64,000 nucleotides of DNA from Candidatus Thorarchaeota archaeon (GTDB lineage: Archaea > Asgardarchaeota > Thorarchaeia > Thorarchaeales > Thorarchaeaceae). The stretch is taken from assembly GCA_020348985.1 (NCBI GenBank), contig CP070761.1:1790931-1854930 (forward strand), read 5' to 3'. Numbering within the stretch: the first letter of the stretch is position 1; every line of letters begins with the position of its first letter. The notes beneath the pieces were generated by a model, which saw only the letters and a list, made by a program, of their open reading frames with translations, ran no database searches and was not told the DNA's origin. Positions 57,984 to 64,000 of the stretch are shown here, piece by piece. Made by a program: the position numbers and the translations under genes.

Positions 57984-58039
57984 GAAACGAAAATATGAAT
58001 ACTCTCATGTCAAGGTTTCGACTGCCTTGGGCAAGCCTT

Positions 58040-58447
58040 TCAGAATCGGCTCCAAACGGCCTTGGTGGCAGCAGTTGTCATTTCCACAACCGGAGCCATT
58101 GCCTCCTTTGTTGCAAGGCCAACTTCAGCAGCCACTTCCATTAGCGGTGTATGGCTAACAAAGACACTCTCGTTTTCTTCATAGACGGCAAAGCTGCATG
58201 GAAACAACGTTCCAACATCTTTGGAAACCTCTATAGCGGCTTTCGCGATTTCGGGTCCACAGGCAAGAACGAAGGTATACTTGGGATAGTTCTCAATTCC
58301 CAGCTTCTCCTTCAGTACACCATGAATCGACTTCGACAGCAGCACTGTGAAGCCCTCGTCTATAATCGCCTGTTCGACCCTTGCTACTGCCATTTCAAAC
58401 TCACAGTCAACTTCCTTACGCAATACCTCGACCATGGGTCCTAGCAT
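58040..58447 (-). CDS. DUF302 family protein
   Basis: EGFTVL...LKEKLG...VLACGP..A...GTLFPCSFAVYE. Confidence 0.8.
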   Translation of the reverse strand: MLGPMVEVLRKEVDCEFEMAVARVEQAIIDEGFTVLLSKSIHGVLKEKLGIENYPKYTFVLACGPEIAKAAIEVSKDVGTLFPCSFAVYEENESVFVSHTPLMEVAAEVGLATKEAMAPVVEMTTAATKAVWSRF

Positions 58448-58538
58448 CTCTTACTCTTTGAAATGCGTTTTCCTATGGTTGCGTCATAGGGCATGCTTAT
58501 TATATTGGTCACCCAATACATCGACGGAGTTCAGATTG

Positions 58539-59066
58539 ATGTCGAAACAAGAAGTCAAGGGAAATCTTCTAAGTCCTCTACCAGTCGCCCTCGTTGGCGC
58601 CCTTGTTGACGGACGCCCGAACTATCTAGTGATTGGGTATATCTCCCCTTTCAACTTTGGAAGGCATATCTTCTTCAGTCTCTTCAAGAAGCGATACACC
58701 AGAATTGGAATACACGAAAACATGACCTTCAGCGTTAACATTCCCTCTGAGAGCATTCTAGAACAAACCAAGATATGCGGCAGCAAGTCGGGCCGCGATG
58801 TGGACAAGTCAAAGCTCTTTGAAACCTTCTATGGCGAGCTGAAGACAGCTCCCATGATCAAGGAGTGCCCAATCAACATGGAGTGCGAAGTCACAGAGAT
58901 TCTCGATTATGACCCCAATGAAGGAATCATTGGTCGGGTCGTTGGCTCTTACGCAGACTCTGAATGTCTCGATGAGGATAAGCTCGACATGAGAAAGGTA
59001 CATCCATTTGTGTGGGCAACTGGTGGGGACTTCAACTACTATAGTCTAGGGAGCAGGCTTGAGTAA
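58539..59066 (+). CDS. Flavin reductase-like (flavoredoxin) protein
   Basis: PLPVALVG, FSVNIPS, CGSKSGRDVDK, APMIKECPINMEC. Confidence 0.88.
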   Translation: MSKQEVKGNLLSPLPVALVGALVDGRPNYLVIGYISPFNFGRHIFFSLFKKRYTRIGIHENMTFSVNIPSESILEQTKICGSKSGRDVDKSKLFETFYGELKTAPMIKECPINMECEVTEILDYDPNEGIIGRVVGSYADSECLDEDKLDMRKVHPFVWATGGDFNYYSLGSRLE

Positions 59067-59086
59067 CACTCGAAGAAGTATTGAAG

Positions 59087-59193
59087 TGGTGGACCGGGCG
59101 AGATTTGAACTCGCGACCTTCTGAAAATCCGATTCACAGGGATATCCTATGACTTTGCGAATCAGACGATCTACCAGGCTGATCTACCGGCCC
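59087..59193 (-). tRNA. tRNA-Ala(CGC) with a 30-nt canonical intron (59126-59155); CCA encoded
   Basis: GGGCCGG/CCGGTCC acceptor with G3:U70, GATC D-stem, TCTGA-TTCGCA[intron]T-TCAGA, GCGAG-TTCAAAT-CTCGC. Confidence 0.93.
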
Positions 59194-59267
59194 ATCGTTA
59201 GCGACTCTTCCAAGAAGAGATTCTTAAAACCTTGTCTGAGTGTGATTGGACCATCGCGTAGCACGAC

Positions 59268-59561
59268 TCAGACGTCAATACCAAACGCTTCGGAAAACCG
59301 CTCAACTTTGGCGAACTCTCGGAGAAACTCTCTTCCTTTCTCTGTTAGAACGTAGACTTTGGTGCTGCTTTCCGTTCCAATATCTTCAATCAGCTCTTTC
59401 TCAACTAGCTCTTCAATGTACTGGATCAAACGGTCGTGGCTGAGATTGGCTGAGTACAGAATCTTGGTGGGTCCCGCGCCTTCCTCACCCTCAATCTGAA
59501 TAGCACGCATCATGTCAGCTAGGATGCGTACCTTTGAGCGGTAGGCGCGCTTCTTTGTCAT
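59268..59561 (-). CDS. Archaeal winged-helix regulator (HTH_45-like)
   Basis: RSKVRILADM...TKILYSANLSHDRL..Y..EL...YVLTEKGREFL. Confidence 0.85.
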   Translation of the reverse strand: MTKKRAYRSKVRILADMMRAIQIEGEEGAGPTKILYSANLSHDRLIQYIEELVEKELIEDIGTESSTKVYVLTEKGREFLREFAKVERFSEAFGIDV

Positions 59562-60187
59562 TGTTCTCTTCCCGATTTCAGTAACATGACCAGGAAGGAC
59601 ATGAGGCCCAGGAACTGGAACGCCTGACTGACTCCATATGCACTAATGTTCATAGTTGCAAAGATTCCAAAGATAAGGCTGAGTAGCAGAAACAAGAACC
59701 CTGCAAGCACGTAGAGGGCAAATCGAGTTCTGATAGCTGCATAGTTCATTAGAGCTTGCATCACAACAATGAGAAGAACTAAGATTGCGATGAGTTCAAG
59801 GTTAGGATCAATCAGGAATGGAAGTGCCATGAACGCCGCTTCAGACGGCATCTGGCCGCCGCCACCACGTCGTGTCGATACAGCGAACAAGACAAAGGCC
59901 ATGATTTTCAAGAAGCCATATGCCATTGACACTACATTCTGCATCATGTCCGCATCAGGGATTGACCCTCCTGCAGCTATGACGAAGAAGTATAGAGATC
60001 CAATTACACGACCGAACATGCTTGCAGAGAGAACGAGGAACCCAGTTGAGAGGTCTGAAAGCCGTTTCTGCTCTGTCAGCCTGTAGGCTGTGTTGGCCTG
60101 ATGAGAAATCATCAATGCAATGACGCCGCTTATCGATTCCAGAATCAAGTCAAACCTGATGAGAGTTAGAAGTGGTTCTTGCATCAT
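59558..60187 (-). CDS. About 6-7 TM membrane protein coupled to the wHTH regulator
   Basis: Hydrophobic throughout; ATGA overlap with the wHTH gene. Confidence 0.7.
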   Translation of the reverse strand: MMQEPLLTLIRFDLILESISGVIALMISHQANTAYRLTEQKRLSDLSTGFLVLSASMFGRVIGSLYFFVIAAGGSIPDADMMQNVVSMAYGFLKIMAFVLFAVSTRRGGGGQMPSEAAFMALPFLIDPNLELIAILVLLIVVMQALMNYAAIRTRFALYVLAGFLFLLLSLIFGIFATMNISAYGVSQAFQFLGLMSFLVMLLKSGREQ

Positions 60188-60381
60188 TTTGCGCCAGTCC
60201 CGGACTTGGCAGCCCTGGTCATATTGTCCTTGGATGAATCATCCATTCTTTTTGATTGATTGTGTGACATAGTGATTGAATCGCGGGTTAGGAAGCGAAC
60301 AGGTTTACTATACGAATCATCCAGAGAATTCGTTCATCGCCCCTTTATATCAAAAGATCAGTGTATTATAAGAGTCGAAAG

Positions 60382-60933
60382 ATGAAGCCCGCCACAAAAA
60401 TCGCCGTAATAGCATCGTCTCTCACACTTCTTTTTCTCCTATCATTCTCATCTTTTGTCGTCACTACTGACGCAGCATCGGTTCTCGAGAACTCTGAGAG
60501 AATGAAGGTTGAAGTAGGTGACGCATTCTACATTGATGCTTGGGGCGCAGGTAGTTCGCGTGACAATGTCGAGGACTCACGTGTACTGACGGAAATCCAC
60601 TTGGAGTTCGAGGTGTCAATGAGGGGCGAACGAGGGGTTGTATTCAATCTAATATCAGGGTCTTTTGTTGCCAACTACTCTCACTACATCTTAGCAGAGG
60701 GAGTAGGGGCTGCGGGTCGCCCCGGACAGGGTAGATTCAATGGCACGATTACCTTCGTCTTTCGATTCAACCTGACTGGGTCTCTTGGTGAAACTGTCCA
60801 GATTACTCTACTTGGCGGTGTCAAGAGAACTGAGAATCGAGGACCAGTCCTAGTCATGGCTGGGTCCGTTGCCTTAGACGGGATTGACTATCGTCTTTGG
60901 CAAATGGGCCGCATTCACAGACTACAAGAATGA
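60382..60933 (+). CDS. Secreted beta-rich protein, unknown function
   Basis: Signal peptide followed by beta-strand pattern with sequons (NYS, NGT, NLT). Confidence 0.65.
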   Translation: MKPATKIAVIASSLTLLFLLSFSSFVVTTDAASVLENSERMKVEVGDAFYIDAWGAGSSRDNVEDSRVLTEIHLEFEVSMRGERGVVFNLISGSFVANYSHYILAEGVGAAGRPGQGRFNGTITFVFRFNLTGSLGETVQITLLGGVKRTENRGPVLVMAGSVALDGIDYRLWQMGRIHRLQE

Positions 60934-60990
60934 TGGAAGTAATCGACAACTGCGGGCAGCGGAAACACGTCGAGTTTCGCTGCAATGAAT

Positions 60991-61015
60991 GGCGGGGTTC
61001 GCCCCGCCCTTCCAT
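60991..61015 (+). terminator. GC hairpin
   Basis: GGCGGGG-TTCG-CCCCGCC followed by cttcc. Confidence 0.5.
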
Positions 61016-61158
61016 CACCCAAATTCCTGTCAAGCTTTATTACTTCAGTTTCGCTAATACACACAGGAATGGGCTATTGAATCTGAGTTCAACGAGAAAC
61101 ACAGTCATTGGTCCACCACTTATCCTGTTATTTGAGGGGTTCTACGATACCTATTGAG

Positions 61159-61527
61159 ATGAAGACAAGATATCACAATCTTGGACCTCTACTGAGTTAT
61201 TTGAGTAGAAGGTTCTCGAACAAGTATGGCAAAGTATGGGAGTTCGAGGAGGGAACAGTAGCTGTCTTTCTTCGGGACAAACTCATGCTCAGGAATATGC
61301 AAACTCTTACGGTCACTGTCACAATTGAATGGAGGAGATTCTGGGATGACGTGACGATTACGATAGTAGCCACTGGCGGCAGAGAGGGCATATTTAGGTT
61401 GGACTTCTGGGCCGCTGAAAACGCCGCTGAACGCTGGGCAGAGAGAGAAATCAATCAGGCCCTGATGCGAATAGACGGCGGTGCTCAGACAACCTATCGT
61501 GCTCGCAGTGAGAGGCCAATGGAGTAG
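61159..61527 (+). CDS. DUF6054-like small protein
   Basis: AVFLRDKLMLRNMQTLTVTVTI...ITIVATGGREGIFRLDFWAAENAA pattern. Confidence 0.55.
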   Translation: MKTRYHNLGPLLSYLSRRFSNKYGKVWEFEEGTVAVFLRDKLMLRNMQTLTVTVTIEWRRFWDDVTITIVATGGREGIFRLDFWAAENAAERWAEREINQALMRIDGGAQTTYRARSERPME

Positions 61528-61537
61528 ATCAATACCA

Positions 61538-62281
61538 CTACTGATTGAAGACCGTATCCATCAGCTTTCCGAAATCTGCGGCAGGATACGTTATTCGACT
61601 ATGTCTGAGTCCTAGATCTACAAACGTTTCAGCTGTTTTGATTGCGGTTTTCAGAGGATTCACTATTGGAATCGGGGGATTTTCGACAGCTTCGTCGGCC
61701 AGATTGAAAGCCATAGACATGCAGCCCAGGACAATGCTACCAGCACCGTTCTGTCTTGCCATCTCGACGCCTTTCGCTACCTGCTCGTGACTATCGCTCT
61801 TGCCTCCGCTCCACATGTCAGTCACACAGTCTTCTACAAACTCAACTGAGGCCAGCCTGGCTTCCAGCCCCATTTCCCTAATTCGGGCCCGTACTCCATC
61901 TCCTGATGCTTCACCGGCTCTAAGGATGGATAGTACACTGAATCGATCTGAAAGCATACATGCGAATAGGTATGAAGACTCGGCAGGGCCAATTACAGGA
62001 ATGTCCATCAGTTCTCTTGCAGGTTCTAGGCCCGGGTCTCCCGCACATCCGATCATAATCGCATCATACTTGCCTTCCTTTCGAATCTCCAAGAGCCTTC
62101 GTAGCATCGGCGCAACGGCCATGTGATGCTCAATAGCAGACTCGATGGAAAGTGGGCCCTCACCTACTTCCATCACGGAAACATTCGTGTCTGAGCGAGC
62201 AATCGCATTCGCTGTCTTTCTTCGTCGGTCGAGCTCTTCTTCAGGCATTCCGTCGCCAGGGAGTAGATAGAGGATTTCCAT
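61538..62281 (-). CDS. Asp/Glu/hydantoin racemase family protein
   Basis: GPLSIES, IGCAGDPGL..ARE, PVIGPAE, IVLGCMSM, PIVNP. Confidence 0.9.
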   Translation of the reverse strand: MEILYLLPGDGMPEEELDRRRKTANAIARSDTNVSVMEVGEGPLSIESAIEHHMAVAPMLRRLLEIRKEGKYDAIMIGCAGDPGLEPARELMDIPVIGPAESSYLFACMLSDRFSVLSILRAGEASGDGVRARIREMGLEARLASVEFVEDCVTDMWSGGKSDSHEQVAKGVEMARQNGAGSIVLGCMSMAFNLADEAVENPPIPIVNPLKTAIKTAETFVDLGLRHSRITYPAADFGKLMDTVFNQ

Positions 62282-62510
62282 TTTCGTCGCCTCTAAACTC
62301 CGAGGTAGACAACCCTATTTCTCTTTCACGGAATAGTCCCAAAAGACCCAGACAAGCGTTCAGGACATGAATACTCAATGAACCCACGAGGAAGCTTGTT
62401 CTTGGACCGAAGAAGACCACTAGGACATGAACTCATTTCATTGAGTCCAAGCACCTCTGCCGAAGCGTTTCCTAGATTTCTTCTATGGGGACACAACTAC
62501 TATACTGAAT

Positions 62511-63326
62511 TCAGCGTGTCTTTCTGATGATGATCACCAATACAATCAACACTACCGGCACACCAACTCCAATTATCAACCACTCTGTCGGAAAGCCCAC
62601 GCCTGGCTCAGTAGGAGTAGTATCAGTTGTTGGCGGGTCAAACTCGATTGAATCAAAGACTTCTACATTGTCTATTGCAGGTCCTGCTGGAGTTGAGAAT
62701 CTGAAATATCCAGACGCCGAATGGGTGTTGTCCTGCCCGGACATTCGATGAGTTCCATTAATCCACACGTTGAAGAGACCAGTTGAATCCCTTGTAATGT
62801 CTACATGGTATCCACCAAGAACATCCTGTTCTGTATGGTATTGTGCAATCTGTTGATCTTCGTTACCAGCGAATTTCTCAAGAATGAATCCTCTGAAACC
62901 ATGGTCGTCAGGAATCATTTCCGTTTTTAGTGCGTAGCCGTCCGGAATGCCGGTCGCAATGTCACTATCATCAGATATGAAGAACACGTAGAAATGGGTA
63001 AGACCGGGTTCGGTTGGTGGCGAGTTTATGTCGAAACTCCAAGTTCCGGTTGCTACAGTGCTAGGGTGAGATGCTAGATTCCATATCCACCCTCCCCCTT
63101 CGCCTGTGGCTCTTAACAAACCATCATCTGCTGAATAGTTACCATCAACTAGAACTGCCGGGACTGCTGTCATATTGATTCCATTGATTGTCCATCCAAC
63201 ATAGTTGCCGTCACTGAAGTCATCAGACCATACCATTGTAGCACTACTCTCAAGGGGCATGGAAACAACAGACAACAAAAGGATGCTACACGATAAAGTC
63301 AGAATTGTAGACCAATATCTACTCAT
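62511..63326 (-). CDS. Cell-surface beta-sandwich (LamG/ConA-like) protein with C-terminal TM anchor
   Basis: Signal peptide, WSDDFSDGNY, GTWSFD, HVDITRD..FNVWING, Thr/Pro linker, TM followed by RK. Confidence 0.7.
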   Translation of the reverse strand: MSRYWSTILTLSCSILLLSVVSMPLESSATMVWSDDFSDGNYVGWTINGINMTAVPAVLVDGNYSADDGLLRATGEGGGWIWNLASHPSTVATGTWSFDINSPPTEPGLTHFYVFFISDDSDIATGIPDGYALKTEMIPDDHGFRGFILEKFAGNEDQQIAQYHTEQDVLGGYHVDITRDSTGLFNVWINGTHRMSGQDNTHSASGYFRFSTPAGPAIDNVEVFDSIEFDPPTTDTTPTEPGVGFPTEWLIIGVGVPVVLIVLVIIIRKTR

Positions 63327-63565
63327 TTTCAATTCCAATCCTCCACCGACACGAAACAAGATTCTCCGAATCATTATCTATCTAAAAAGACTTATCGTAA
63401 TGGTGTCAATTCTGCGACCTCCTCAAAACCAAAAACATGTGGAGAGATCCTGCACAGGCAACTCTTCTCCCACTGTTAATCCCGGTCCATGTAGTCCTTC
63501 TTTCGTGGAATGGCCCCAAAAGACGCAGACACGCATTCATGACGAGAGAATCGATGAGCCCCTTG

Positions 63566-63582
63566 GAAAGCTTTTTATTATG
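63566..63582 (+). promoter_or_regulatory. Putative BRE/TATA promoter of the rRNA transcript
   Basis: gaaagctttttattat about 300 nt upstream of the 16S start. Confidence 0.5.
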
Positions 63583-63877
63583 ACACATAGGGGTAAGTCT
63601 GCTTTCGCGTCATAAGGTGTCAGGCCGGATGCCGTCGGCGAGTGCCAAGCGATGATGGCCCGTGATTTCCAGGCGCGAGTACAAGATGCGGACGTGAGAT
63701 AGACCGGCGCGAATGTGTCGGAATCCCCTCAGGTCTAAGATACGCTCAGCAGTGTGCAGGTTATTACGGGTAAGCTATCTGCTACCTCGTCATGCCTGTA
63801 CTTCATCAAGTCAAGTTCAAGTGTGTAAAAAGTGTGTATGAGGTCTTTCCTTGCCATTCATACAATACTTAGGAACA

Positions 63878-64000
63878 ACTCTAGTTGATCCTGCTAGAGG
63901 ACACTGCTATCGGCTTGGGGTTAAGACATGCAAGTGGAACGGGCTCGCATCCGAGTCCGTCGCGAACGGCTCAGTAGTGTCGCTAACCTACCCTGTGGAG
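63878..64000 (+). rRNA. rrs: 16S rRNA, 5' end (partial)
   Basis: ACTCTAGTTGATCCTGCTAGAGG...ACTGCTATCGG...TAAGACATGCAAGT...ACGGCTCAGTA...CTAACCTACCC matches the archaeal SSU 5' consensus. Confidence 0.92.

Noticed and set aside
62340-62500. Short repeat ggacatgaa x2 and a stop-interrupted hydrophobic frame on the minus strand
   Set aside because: Too short and degenerate to call a pseudogene or regulatory element.
1-64000. CRISPR array, transposase, integrase, reverse transcriptase, or Sec/Pyl read-through
   Set aside because: No regularly spaced repeats, no recognisable mobile-element proteins, and no obviously stop-interrupted conserved gene were seen by eye.

Overview
Archaeal chromosomal window. 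The evidence is archaeal-type Trm1, FEN1 with a PIP box, DhnA-type aldolase, ValRS, intron-containing tRNAs and an archaeal 16S 5' end. Gene content and style suggest an Asgard (Thorarchaeia-like) genome, but that is inference only. About 60 CDS, mostly housekeeping and metabolic: trm1 (partial), cyclophilin, membrane pyrophosphatase, an acetate/acyl-CoA locus (two tandem CoA-transferase-GNAT fusions, OFA-type MFS transporter, GNAT, acs), fen, AcuC/HDAC, PolX, UvrA-like, pyrH, valS and aldolase. It also holds three intron-containing tRNAs (Ile-GAU with a D-loop intron, Leu-CAA, Ala-CGC) and the leader plus first ~120 nt of 16S rRNA. No integrase, transposase or CRISPR array was seen. The most notable items, all missed or unexplained by the ORF track, are: (1) an adjacent pair of micro-genes encoding a 33-aa hyper-acidic Trp-studded peptide and a 29-aa histone-H1-tail-like Lys/Ala/Pro peptide; (2) a three-sORF micro-operon; (3) a 964-aa NLR-like STAND NTPase with GxP and MHD motifs; (4) two tRNA genes each paired with a partial tRNA duplicate flanking a small membrane-protein cargo; (5) duplicated CoA-transferase/Pat-type acetyltransferase fusions next to acs. 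All product calls come from motif recognition by eye; no database searches were run.
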